Shown piece after piece: positions 51,057 through 62,639 of a stretch of 64,000 nt of DNA. Source of the DNA: Mobula hypostoma (taxonomy: Eukaryota); the NCBI RefSeq assembly GCF_963921235.1, contig NC_086101.1, forward strand, positions 10,480,001 to 10,544,000. Direction: 5' to 3'. The notes under the pieces were generated by a model. It made no database searches. It saw only the letters and a program-made list of their open reading frames with translations, and was not told where the DNA came from. Both the position numbers and the translations under genes were made by a program. Positions within the stretch are counted from its first letter, which is position 1. Every line of letters begins with the position of its first letter.

Positions 51057-51959
51057 TCACCCTTTGATCCGATCAACAGTCAGACTGGGTGCTGATGGGG
51101 TGAGTGACTGGGTGTCTGCCATGACCTTCACCTGGGTTTTCGCCCTCCCTTTTGGACACTGTCTCCAGCCCTGTCCTGATAGGCCACAGCTGTAGCATGT
51201 CAACTCCTTCACTGTCTTATACCTGGTCCGGCAGTCCTTTGCTACGTGCCCTGGCTGCCGGCAAGCAAAACAAACTCTCCGGGACATCACAGCAGCTGCC
51301 TCCACTATACCCACTTTATGATTTCTCCTGCCTTTTCTTTGGTCTATCTCACTGGCCCACTAAACTATCGCAGAGTAGGTGGACACTACTGTTATGCCTA
51401 AATCTAAAACTTCCTGGTGGGCTGAGCTCAGGTCTTCCTTCAGCATTTTCTGGAAGACTGGGTCATCCTTCCCTGGATTTTCCAACCCTGAATACTTTTC
51501 ATATGCTCGATATTTACATTCTGCATAATCCATGGCTGTCTCGTCAGCTTTTTGAATCACTGCCATTATCGTTCCCCAGCTACTCTCGCCTCCCTCCAGC
51601 CGCTGCCTCACTTCCCCTTTAAAAGAGCGATATCTTTCTTCATTGCTGGCGCTCCCAGTAGTTGCCCACGTACCATCCCGCACCCCCTGGGCTATCCTGT
51701 CCCACATATTCCTCCGGCACTTCACTTTCACTAACACGTGTATATCTTTAGGGTGCATCTGGTGAATTTCAACCATTTCCTCGAGCTTGCGCCAGAATTC
51801 TGAATTCCCACAGGTGATTTTAAGTGAGGGCAACTCGGACAAAATGCTTTGTTTCTCCCCGGGAGTGAAGGGCTTATGAATAGTCGTAATCAAGGTCAAA
51901 GGCTGGCTGGGATCATCAGGGTTCTCAACCTGACGTTGCCTGACTTCAACAGGTGCCAT
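51057..51959 (-). pseudogene. gag: Retroviral gag (capsid-like region plus nucleocapsid), one in-frame TAG at 51360-51362
   Basis: ORFs 51360-52019 and 51057-51314 share a frame. Knuckles CFACRQPGHVAKDC and degenerate CYSCGLSGQGWRQC. The start codon is uncertain. Confidence 0.8.
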
Positions 51960-52061
51960 TCTAATTGATCTATCTGGGTAAAACCTCTCCCTGAGATATC
52001 TGCATACTAATACCCACACTACGCAAAATATATAAAAGACGGGTAACAGTTAAACAGTACA

Positions 52062-52452
52062 TACTTAGGGCTTTACTCTTTGGAGAGAAGGAGGATGAGA
52101 GGAGACATGATAGAGATGTACAAGATAATAAGAGGAATAGATAGAGTGGATAGCCAGCGTCTCTTCCCCGGGGCACCACTGCTCAATACAAGAGGACATG
52201 GCTTTAAGGTAAGGGGTGGGAAATTCAAGGGTGATATTAGAGGAAGGTTTTTTACTCAGAGAGTGGTTGGTGCGTGGAATGCACTGCCTGAGTCAGTGGT
52301 GGAGGCAGATACACTAGAGAAGTTTAAGAGATTACTAGACAGGTATATGGAGGAACTTAAGGTGGGGGGTTATTTGGGAGGCAGGGTCTGAGGGTCGGCA
52401 CAACATTGTGGGCCGAAGGGCCTGTACTGTGCTGTACTATTCTATGTTATAT
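52062..52452 (+). mobile_element. CR1 3' fragment inserted in the proviral leader / gag 5' region
   Basis: LERRRMRGDMIEMYKIIRG...RGRFFTQRVVGAWNALP, with tail TATTCTATGTTATAT. GTACA on both sides (52057-52061, 52453-52457). Confidence 0.9.
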
Positions 52453-52863
52453 GTACAACCGCAGAGTATGTATTCCACAATCTGCCACTTTTGACTACCC
52501 GAACTCATGATGTCCGCTGTATTCCCTTGCATCACACTTGCAAACACATACACTAAACCGCAGCTCCCGAACGAGTATACACGCCCCTACTCTGGCGTCT
52601 TGAACCATACCGTCGGTTACCACCTTTCGCAACTGGTGGTCCAAGTCAGTCCAAGTTAACTTGCAAAGATTCCTCACTTACATAAACACACGTGCACACG
52701 CACACACTACTTTTATATCTACCAGCTCAGCTCTCCACGTTCGTGACACTTCATATTCCCGATCACCACCCACCGAACAGATCCAAGTGTGAGTGTTATT
52801 TTAGAAAAAATACTCACCAACTTAGACTGCTAGAAACGCTGGCCACACGACGGGTCACGAAGT

Positions 52864-52881
52864 ATCCCACTCCTGACACCA
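52864..52881 (-). promoter_or_regulatory. Primer-binding site complementary to tRNA-Leu(CAG)
   Basis: Minus strand TGGTGTCAGGAGTGGGAT, 2 nt after the LTR's CA. It is complementary to the vertebrate tRNA-Leu-CAG 3' end ATCCCACTCCTGACACCA. Confidence 0.9.
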
Positions 52882-52883
52882 GA

Positions 52884-53454
52884 TGTTGTAGCGTGGATGA
52901 ACTCACCGGAGAGACAGAGTCACTGGTAGATACAAAGCAGCTTCTTTATTCCACACAACAAGGTACAGCAGGCATCTACGGACGGAGACGCTTTCGGGAG
53001 AAAGGTCTGCTAGCCCAATGTGGGCTCGATATTTATATGCTAAACAAAAAGGCAATCGCTACTTAAAAAGTTATAGACAATGCAGAGACAATACTCCCTA
53101 TTGAAGCTACATACAAAATATCACCCCACCTAACTCCATCCTTTCCTTCCGACACCAACATGTCTGGGTTGGTATCCACAGCCTTTAAGAATGCAATTAA
53201 AATCCACAATACATTTATTTGGCATTTTACGTGCTAACATAGAAGACAATTAATATTTATAATGTATAGATAATACTGTCTTCGAAACTACAGCATCAGG
53301 TCAAACTACGGCGGCAGAAGCATCTGGTATTCACACCTTTTTAGGAAGCGCATTGTTGTGCACTCCATCCACAGTACTTTGTCAAATAGAAGTCTGGTGA
53401 CCAAAGTCATTTAAGTGTAAACAAATCATCTACCCAAAAAAACTCACTCTAACA
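52884..53454 (-). repeat. 5' LTR (571 bp)
   Basis: Direct repeat of 47816-48366, followed on the minus strand by the PBS. Confidence 0.95.
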
Positions 53455-54984
53455 AAAACTATCATTTTGAACAAGATGAGAATAATCAATAAGATCTAAA
53501 ACTAATCTGACATTATATTAGAGATATGACGACTCTTCATGAAACCTGACTGTGTTTCATCAATAGTAAATGGTAAAACTGCTTTCATTCTGTTAGCAAA
53601 GATTTGGGCCAGAATTTTATAATCACTATTGAGAAGGCAAATAGGACGCCAATTATCAATAAATAATTTATCTTTTCTTGGTTTAGGAATTAAAGTAATA
53701 GGGCCCTGTGTTAAAAGAAGTGGGAAGAAATTCTTTATCAATACATTCTAAAAACAATTTTAGTGAAAAGGGAGCGAGGGTGTTCGAAAACATCTAATAA
53801 ATTCTTCAGTCAGACCGTCCACACCCGGCGACTTATTGTTCTTTTTAAATTTGAAATGGTAGCCTTAACCTCTCCCAAGGTAATAAGAGCATCACACAGG
53901 TCTTTCTGATCATTGGACAGGTTCCTAAGAATATTAATATCATTCATGAAATGTAGTGTAGATGCTTCACAATATTTTGAGCTGTACAGTTTACTATAAA
54001 ATACAGAACAATATTTTGCTATTTTTTAGAGTCCTCTGTAATCTCACTATCAATATTAAGCTGATGAATGGAATTGAATTGGGCACGCTGCTTTTCTAAA
54101 TGAAAGAAATAAGCTGAACTTTGTTCACCCTCTTCCAGCCATTGTTTTCTAGATCTCACATATGCACCTTCTGCCTTTATAAGATAAAGATGGTTTAACT
54201 TATCCTTCAACAAAGAGCAACCTCTCTTTACAAACAGCTTTCTGTAGCAGCAGTATTGCTATATTACCATTATCCTAATTTGTATTAACTTATCTTTATA
54301 ATGCTCACATTACAACACTGTAAATTCCAACATTCCCCAAATGTAAATAACTGGGAAACAACAAAACAGTGGTGTCATTACCTTGTGTACCTCTGAAACT
54401 TATACTAGTGTCTCAGTAACAGTTTACCAATACAAAACACCTGAAAAACGTGGCAGATTCAACATTCAGTCTAACAATGGAAACTGTCTATAAAATATTC
54501 AGTCTGTCAGGAGGTTTGCAAGGGCGCTGTGCTGCAACAGATGAAAATTATGAAATCTAAGTACTGGAGCTGTCTTACTGACAGACACCTCACAGACTGT
54601 CTCAGACTGGCTGTCTGTAGTTGTGAGCCAAATTTCAGGGAACGAGCAGAAAGTATTCAGCCCCAGTCATCACACTGAGTGCAACAGTCAATTTTTATTC
54701 ATTTATTTTTCATGTTGAAATAAAATTAAATAATGAAACATAGAATCAAAGGTGTTGTAATGTGAGCATTATAAAAATAAGTAATACTAATTTAGATAAT
54801 GGTAATATAGCAATACTCCCGCTACGGAAAGCTGTTTGTAAAGAGAGGTTGTTTCCGGGTTGTGGGATTTTACTTCCCGCCTTTTCTGCCCGGTGAGCAT
54901 GCGTGTGAATAAACGATTGAGTAGGTCAATCTTGCCTTTCACTAAGGCCAAGGTAGGGGATCTTGGACTTAAAAAGGTTGGTGA

Positions 54985-55671
54985 CCACTAAGCTAGAGAT
55001 TAAGAAAGAGGATGTGCTGGAGCTTTTGAAAAGTATTAAGTTAGGTAAGTGACTGGGACTGGATGAGATATACCCCAGGCTACTGTGGGAAGTGAGGGTG
55101 GAGATTACTGAGCCTCTTGCGATGATTTTTGCAACATCAATAGGGATGGAAGAAGTACCGGAGGATTGGAGGGTTGCAAATGTTGTTCCTTTGTTCAAGA
55201 AAGGGAGTTGAGGTAACCCAGGAAATGATACACCAGTAAGTCTGACCAGTGATGGGCAAGTTGTTGGAGAAGATCCTGAGAGGCAGGATTTATGAGCGTT
55301 TGAAGAGATATAATCTAATTAGGGATAGTCAGCATGGCTTTGTCAAAGACAGGTTGTGCCTTACGAGCCTGATGAATTCTTTGAGGATGTTACAAAACAC
55401 ATTGATGAAGGTAGAGCAGTGGATGTAGTGTATATGGATTTCAGTAAGGCATTTGATCAGATTCCCCATGCGGGACGCCTTCAGAAACTCAGGAGGCATG
55501 GGATCCAAGGAGACCTTGCTTTGTGGATCCAGAATTGGCTTGCCCACAGAAGGCAAAGGGTGGTTGTAGATGATTTGTTTTCTGCATGGAGGTCAGTGAC
55601 CAGTGGTGTTCTGCAGGGATGTGTTCTGGGACCCCTCCTCTTTGTGATTTTTATAAATGACCTGGATGAAG
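54985..55671 (+). mobile_element. CR1 LINE RT fragment
   Basis: [30 protein letters not shown] and [25 protein letters not shown]. Confidence 0.9.
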
Positions 55672-56427
55672 TGTCACCCGGTTTGGATATGGCCCAAGGC
55701 GGAAAGCAGACAGGCAGCAAAGTGTTGCTGTTCTGTGTCCAAGTCTCGACAAGCACTGCGAAGGAATGAACGGAGTTAAATGCTATCACAGTGCAATAAT
55801 AATTAACTGCCACGTGGATATTCACAAGCACAATTGCCATATCTGCTGATCTGCCAAATCCGTGGTTGTGACAGGGCCCCCCCTCTCTAGGCGCAGCCCC
55901 TGAGGCACCACAGTCCTGTGTCCGGTGGAAGTCCCGGATCAGTGACTTGTCCAAGATGTCCTTCATCGTTCTTCTGGGCCATACCCTTCCCAGTCCACAA
56001 GCTGCTGGACCCTACCACGTACCAGGCGAGATGCCAGGAGGTGCCGCACTGTATAGACAAGGGAACCATCTACCAGGCAGGGAGGTGGGGTGACTGGGAC
56101 CAGGAGAGAGGTAGTAACCGGCTTGAGCTGGGAAACATGGAATACTGTGTGGATCTTCAGTGATGCTGGTAGACGCAATCTATAGGACACCTTGCTGACA
56201 GCCATTTCCACTACAAATGGTCCCATGCAGTGTGGTGACAATATCTGGCTCTCAATTTGAGGGGACGATCCCTTGATGCCAACCAGACCTCCAGCCCTGG
56301 CATGAATGGTTTTACCTGTCAGGAATGTTGTTTCTGGGCACACAGCAAAGAAGCCCTGGCTCGTCTCCAGGTGTGCTTTTAGCGCTGGATCAGCTGTTCA
56401 GCAGCAGGAGCTCCTACATCAATCTCC
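55672..56427 (-). mobile_element. Chromoviral (sushi-like) Gypsy 3' end: integrase GPF motif, chromodomain, PPT, internally deleted LTR (55672-55873)
   Basis: GPFVV...YRLRLPASLKIHTVFHVSQLKP...YTVRHLLASR...LVDWEGYGPEER. Purine tract AGAGAGGGGGGGCCC precedes a TGTCAC...GTGACA-bounded LTR. Confidence 0.85.
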
Positions 56428-56848
56428 TGTCACAGCCATCGATTCGGCGGAGCAGTAGATACGGAAATTGTGCTTGTGAATATGCACACATCAGCTAATT
56501 GTTATTCATTGTGATAGCATTTAACTCTATTCATTCCGTTGCAGTGCTTGTTGAGACTTGCTGTCACCCGGTTTGGGTATGGCCCAAGTGCGGAGTGCGA
56601 AACACTGACGCGGGTGGATAGTTCACAGACTTTAATGTGAACAGTGTTGAAGGGAAAAGAGAACAATAAATGCTCAGCTGAACAGGGCCGTTAACTAAAA
56701 CTCTCAATTGGAAAGCGAAACCTACACTACGGCTGAAAAGAACAACTAAATATAAAAGGAATACTGCTAATCTTCAGAGTCAGTTGACTTGACAGTCCAA
56801 TTTCTCAGGCAAGGCGGAAAGCAGATGGGCAGCGAAGCGTTACTGTGC
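56428..56848. mobile_element. Two partial LTRs of the same Gypsy family in opposite orientations (56428-56560; 56562-56848)
   Basis: Both start TGTCAC. The first is the reverse complement of 55740-55873. The second matches 55672 onward and 59852-60110. Confidence 0.75.
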
Positions 56849-56849
56849 C

Positions 56850-57250
56850 TGATAGCTTCATAATTCCCCTTACTCCAATTAAATGCTTTCCTAACTTGTC
56901 TGTTCCTATCTTCTCCAAAGCTATGGTAAAGAAGGCAGAATTGTGATCACTATCTCCAAAATGTTCTCCTATTGAGAGATCTGACACCTGACTAGGTTAA
57001 TTTCCCAATACCAGATCAAGTACAGCCTCTCCTCTTGTCGGCTTATCTACATATTGTGTTAAGAAACCTTCCTGAACACACCTAACAAACTCCACCCTTG
57101 CTCTAGGGAGATGCCAATCAATATTTGGGGAAATTAAAATCTCACACCACGGCAACCCTGTTATTATTACACCGTTCCAGGATCTGTCTCCCTCTCTGCT
57201 CTTCGATGTCCCTGTTACTATTGGGTGGTCTATAAAAAACACCCAGTAGG
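56850..57250 (-). mobile_element. CR1 endonuclease fragment
   Basis: VQEGFLTQYVDKPTRGEAVLDLVLGN and GEHFGDSDHNS. Confidence 0.85.
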
Positions 57251-57966
57251 GATGCGTTGCCTCAACGGAATTATTTAATATCTATAGTGAAATGAGTCTC
57301 AGAGAAATCGAAGACCTAGATGGGATAAAAATTGGAGGTGTTAATATCAACAATATAAAGTATGCAGACGATACCACCCGAATAGCAAGTGCTGCAGAAG
57401 ACCTACAAATCCTCCTGGATGAAATAGTACAAACAAGTACAGATTTTGGTTTAACCATCAACTGTAAAAAAAACTAGATGTATAGTAATATCAAAACAGC
57501 AGGATACTCCCAACTGCCAATTGTACATCGGTAACAAGAGATTGAACAAAGGACCAGCTTTAATTACCTTGGTGGCTTTATATCACAAGATGCTAGAAGT
57601 AGAAATAAAAAATAGAATTGCCATAGCCAAAACCAACATCCAAAAAATGAAACCCATTTTTACCAACAGACACATCTCTTTGACAACAAGGCTTAGGCTG
57701 ATAAAATGTTACATCTAGTCAATCTTGCTGTATGCTTCCGAAACATGGACTATAGCAACAGAACTCCAAGGAAACTTAGAAGCAACAGAAATATGGTTTC
57801 TTAGAAAAATGCTGAAAAAACCATATAGAAATAGGGTAACTAATGAGACAGTACTCCAACTTGTCCATACAAAAAGATCTTTAATGAGAATGTTAAATGA
57901 GAGGAAACTTCAATTCCTGGGCTATGTCATCAGAAAGGGAGAAATAGAATGCCTTACATTACAAGG
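57250..57966 (+). mobile_element. RTE-clade LINE RT fragment
   Basis: GIKIGGVNINNIKYADDT, EIKNRIAIAK and LYASETWT...LEATEIWFLRKML. Confidence 0.85.
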
Positions 57967-58540
57967 CTCTTGGCCGTAGACCTACATTCCACCTTGTTGG
58001 TTTTCATCTGCCATGATACACACCAACGTCCCCTTCCACCCCCTTACGATGGCCCGTTCTGCATTTTGGAATGGGGAGAGAAGACTTTCAACACAGATAA
58101 GAGGAGTAAACCTGAATATATTTTGGTAAAACATCTTAAATCAGCCCACCAGGATTTGGAGAGCATGACCATTAGCGTGTTAACACCACTTCTGGACAAG
58201 CTGTCGGCCCTGTTGCTGCACTGACAGAACATAGACCCCCGGCTGGTTGGCTTTTCTGAGCTCCAGACAGGCTCACAAAGCCGCTTGTAGTGAATTAAGT
58301 GTGTGTGTGTGTGGGGGGGGGGGGGGTTGCTGTGTAGGGTAATGTAATTGGGACAAATGTACATAACTCAGAACAACCAGCATTGAGTTTCACTCTCAGA
58401 GGCTGGTCTGATGCAATTACATAAAGTTTTTTTTATCGCACTTTGTGTTCAGTGTTTGGAGTATAATAAAGGAGTTGTTACAGCTTTTCTTAAACACAAA
58501 ATTCCTTCACCATTTTTATTTGCAAAAACCTACAGTGTTC
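57967..58540 (+). mobile_element. Gypsy integrase C-terminal remnant, G-rich PPT and probable LTR
   Basis: VFICHDTHQRPLPPPYDGPFCIL...KHLK (GPY/F module). G-run at 58313-58326, followed by TG-starting sequence containing AATAAA. Confidence 0.55.
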
Positions 58541-59016
58541 TCTAAAGGCAGAGTGCACTGAGGAAAAGCTTTTGGATGGAAGGTCGACTTTCGGGTGCAC
58601 AGAACCCAAAATGTGCAGATTTTACAGTAAAGGGCGTTTGAACACGATGTTCCTGACTTGCTGTTCACTGCTTGTTTAACACTTACACATATCATATCAT
58701 TTATACGCCATGATCTTGGCACAGAGCCTAATGATGACCTGGCCTCACAAATATTGCTGGATGCAAACCAGACTTCACTTTCTCAATTTACAAGATTGGT
58801 ACATCAATTATTCTTGAGGATGAGCTGATGTTTTGCTTCCTTGAACTGCTCCATTACTTCTGGTGAATGTCTCCCAGTGTTGCTGGGGAGGGTGTTCCGC
58901 CATTCAGACACTGCTGGGGAAGGAATTCCTATACAGGGTGTGTCTGAGCCAACAAATGCAATGCTGGTAAAAAGGGAAAGGCCCAGCAAGGAATCGTAGG
59001 AATCCAGGACCACTGG

Positions 59017-59135
59017 AGTCCCGATGAAGGGTCTCAGCCCAGAACAGTGACTTCTAATTCTTCTCCATAGATGCTGCCTGACCTGTCAGAATTCCTCCAG
59101 CATTTGCTGTGTTACTCCAGATTTCCAGCATCCAC
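59017..59135 (+). mobile_element. Penelope-like pLTR fragment with degenerate hammerhead
   Basis: AGTC-CCGATGA-AGGGTCTCAGCCC-AGAAC-AGT-GACT...GATGCTGCCTGACC. Core boxes are mutated. Confidence 0.65.
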
Positions 59136-59140
59136 AAAAT

Positions 59141-59168
59141 TGTGTGTGTGTGTGTGTGTGTGTGTGTG
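59141..59168. repeat. (TG)n microsatellite
   Basis: Visible TG run. Confidence 0.95.
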
Positions 59169-59851
59169 GTGCATGTGATACATTATGCTGTCATACATTT
59201 CATCCATCTCAGAAATACATACAAAAGTCAGCTATTTATAATTTTTAACCAAATAAGAGGCACTTGAAAACTTTTTTGTAATTACATACATCTATAATCT
59301 CACTTTCAAGGATAGTTCATTCTTCGCAATTAAGTAGTGTGAACAATTTCATAAGTTACTAAATATAAAACGCTTTATCTTCTGATTCCATGTGTCTGTG
59401 AGATAAAGAAACATAATCAAACAAGATTTTGTGATAATTACCCTGGAGTGAGATGACAATCCCGTTCATGAACAGCAGAGTGCAGTGAATCACTCTCATC
59501 TCAGCAGAAGAGTCGAGAGGCTGAGAAGCTGGAGGAGAGGGGCAGGGGTTATGGAGAGGGGGAGGGGGAGTGGGGTAGTGGTGGAGTGAGGGGTGGGGGA
59601 AAGAGAGAAAGAGAGAGAGATGTTACTCCTGTCATTTGACGGAAGCTGTGAGCATCCCCCCCCCCCCCCGACACTGTCCTCGGCACCAATGTTCACCAAC
59701 CCCACTCCCAATAACCTGAGAAAAAATGTCCTTGGCCTCTCCACACAAGGTGGGAACAATTTACTGGGCAAAGGAGCACCAGGTTCAGCACTGAGCCCCC
59801 ACCTCACTTTAGAAATGCAGGGAACATTTCTAACCAACGGTAGGTTTTCTC

Positions 59852-60250
59852 GGTCACTCGGTGCGGTCATGGCCCAAGTGCGGAGCGGGAGACACTGGAG
59901 CGAGTCGATATTTCACACACTTTAATGCGAACAGTGTTAAAGGGAAAATAAAACAATAAACACGAGGCCAAACAGGGTCGTTAACTAAAACTCTCAAATG
60001 GTAAACGAAGCATAAACTGCGGCTGAAAAGAACAACTAGTCTTCAGAACCAGTTCACTCGACAGTCCAGTTTCTCAGGGAAGGCCGAATGCAGGCAGTGA
60101 AGCGTTGCTGTGTCTGTTCAAGTCTCGGCAAATACTACGATGGAATGAATGGAGTGAAATACTATCACAATGAAGTAATAATTAGCTGACACGTGCATAA
60201 CACAAGCGCAATGCCATATCCATTGCGCTGCCGAATCCGTGGTTGTGACA
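59852..60250 (-). mobile_element. Solo LTR of the sushi-like Gypsy family
   Basis: ~400-bp match to the LTR pieces at 55672-55873 and 56562-56848, ending GTTGTGACA. No clear TSD. Confidence 0.75.
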
Positions 60251-60430
60251 CTGGCTATCCACATGATCAATGCCCCTCATCATTTTATACACCTCTATCG
60301 GGTCATCTCTCATCCTCCACCGCTCCAAGGAGAAAAGACCAAGTTCACCCGACCTATTATCATACGGTACACCATCCAGTCCAGGCAACATCTTGTAAAT
60401 CTCCTCTGCAATCTCTCGGTAGTACCCACA
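60251..60430 (-). mobile_element. CR1 RT 3' fragment
   Basis: ERLQRRFTR and ELGLFSLERWRMRDDPIEVYKMMRGID. Confidence 0.85.
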
Positions 60431-61829
60431 TCCTTTCTGCAGTTAGGTGAGGTGAGGTATCCAGTTGACCATCTTACCCGGGATTTCATGCTGAACGGCC
60501 TGTTACTGTACTGTTCTGTTCTGTATCTCATCCAGGATCCCACCAATTTCTTCTCCGTTTTTCTACAAAGTTCGAGGGTGGACAAGGTCATACTCAGGGG
60601 ATTTGTAAAGCTTTAAGACTGTCAGCACCTTCTGCTTCAGGGCATTACTATTCTCATTCCTGCATTCCCCAGCTTGCATGCCTTCATCCACAGCAAACAC
60701 AGATGAGGGATCAGACTTCTCCCCTCTTCCATCGCTCCAACAGAGATGACCACACTGATCATTAAGGGGATCACCTTCTTCCCAAGTTACCCCATAACCA
60801 AAGGTATTCTGTCTCCTCTGTCTCTGGCCTGATTTCCTGCACGTTACCACTTTATCCATTGTACTGCTGAAGAGATTTGCTTGATATAACCCATTCAGGA
60901 CGAGTCCACAAGTATTTCCGTAACTACCTTGAAACAAATAGAATAATGATTACTGATCTCAACTTACCCGCCCCCCCCAACCCCCAACTGACACGGTAAC
61001 TACCTGCCCAGCCTCGGTTCCTGAGGGAAGATCAGATGTGATCACTTCTCCAGTCCGCATCTAAATATTGCTTACAAAAGCATTCAGTAACTTCAAATTC
61101 TACCCTGTCAAATCCCTCCGTTATATCTATCACAATCAATATTAGGGAAGATGAAGCTGCTCTCTAACACAATGCGAATATTCCAACAGTTATCTGCAAT
61201 CTCCCTACGTACTGATGCCTCTGATTCTCACTGGCTTTTGGGGTTCAATAGTAAATACCAGTTGAGTGTCCCGACTTATAACCTATCTGACTGGCCTTTT
61301 ACCCCAGGGATATCTCTCTAATTTCTGCAGTGATGCTCCCCCTGATCAACATCATGACACCTCCTCCTCTATCACCTCCACTTCTATTATGCCAGTCCCA
61401 CCTGTACTCCAGAACACTGAGCGGCCTGTCCTGTACATCCATTGACCAGATTTCAGTAATGTCTGCAGTATCGTAAGCCCATGTGCCACAGTCCCAGATG
61501 GGGAGAAAGAGACACTGGAAATCTGAGAGTCAGAGGGGAAGAAAGAAATCGACAATGGGAGGAATGTGTTTAAGTTATTTGACCTTTCACTCCCTGATGG
61601 GCGACTTTTGGCAAAGGAGTGGGGTTCACCGGGCTGGTGAGTGAGTGAGTGGAAAGGACTGAGGTTGAGAGGTTACGTTGAGGTGAGGAGAGACACTGCA
61701 GTGAGAGTGAGTGTCGAGGCTCAGAGGACGGAGTGGGAAGGAGTGTTCTGTGAAAGAAATGAAGGAGCGAAAAGCTGGGTTCGTAATGAAATGTTTAGGG
61801 GAGAGAGGGTCTAATGGATTCTTGGAACA

Positions 61830-62435
61830 GAAACATAGAAAACCTTATAGCACAATACAGGACCTTCAGCCCAAAATGCTGTGCGGAACATGTACTTTAC
61901 AAATTATCTAGGGTTACCCATGGCTCTCTATTTTTCTAAGCTCCATGTACCTATCCAGGAGTCTCTTATTGTATCCACGACCTCCACTGTCGCCGGCAGC
62001 CCATTCCACGCACTCACCACTCTCTGCGTACATCTCCTCTGTACCTACTTCCAAATACCTTAAAACTACGCCCTCTCGTGCTAGCCACTTCAATCCAGGG
62101 AAAAAGCCTCTGACTATCCACACAATCAATGCCTATCATTATCTTGTACACCTCACTCAGGTCTCCTCTCATCCTCCGTCACTCCAAGGAGAAAAGGCCT
62201 CATTCACTCAACCTATTCTCATAAGGCATGCTCCCCAATCCAGGCAACATTCTTGTAAATCTCCTCTGCACCTTTTCTAAGGTTTCCACGTCCTTTCTGT
62301 AGTGAGACAACCAGAACTGAGCACAGTACTCCAAGTGGGGTCTGAACAGTGTCCAATATAGCTGCAACATTGCCTCTCAGCTCTTAAACTCAATCCTATG
62401 ATTGATGAAGGCCAATGCACCGTATGCCTTTTTAA
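61830..62435 (-). mobile_element. CR1 3' end
   Basis: KKAYGALAFIN..IEFKS and RPHLEYCAQFW motifs, with a GAAACATAGAAA tail at 61830. Confidence 0.85.
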
Positions 62436-62639
62436 ACTCAGAGTTTAAAACCATGTGGGTGGAGCCTATTTGAGGGGGGTAAGAAAGGGCCATGTAAATC
62501 ACGTCAGGAACAGCGCCTGGACAAAGCATTAGGTGCACCTGACCACCACCGAACACCACAACCCTCACCACAGATCAATGGCAGGTCTCCACAAACATAC
62601 AGTGAGAAGATCCATCTCTGGCTCCTCTGTATACTCTGG

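Larger units (their letters stand above)
47816..53454 (-). mobile_element. Complete endogenous retrovirus-like provirus lacking RT/RNase H and env (LTR-PBS-gag-PR/IN-PPT-LTR)
   Basis: Paired LTRs, 5-bp TSD AAAAC (47811-47815 and 53455-53459), tRNA-Leu PBS, gag zinc knuckles, protease and integrase motifs. Excision restores the host LINE frame ..VQNDSFILFLDF.. Confidence 0.95.
45136..54215 (-). mobile_element. Tx1/L1-like LINE, 5'-truncated ORF2 (~2.9 kb net), interrupted by a MITE and a provirus
   Basis: KAEGAYVRSRKQWLEEGEQSSAYFF, NWRPICLLNSDYKIL, FLDFYKDFD, GVRQGRPISPYLF and SQVADDTT motifs. AATAAA and A-tail at ~45135-45160. TSD AGCAACC(T) at 45128-45135 and 54216-54223. Confidence 0.9.
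44950..54879. repeat. Three ~125-bp arms of an inverted-repeat (MITE-like) family: 44950-45074 (fwd), 45101-45135 + 54224-54318 (rev, split by Tx1 LINE), 54752-54879 (fwd)
   Basis: TTGTAATGTGAGCATTATAAAAATAAGTAATAC...GTTTGTAAAGAGA.GTTGTTTCCGGGTTG occurs twice forward and once reverse-complemented once the LINE is removed. Confidence 0.8.

Noticed and set aside
59480..59850. Possible exon (ORFs 59496-59870 and 59593-59925)
   Set aside because: Low-complexity purine tract, no recognisable domain and no convincing splice-site pair.
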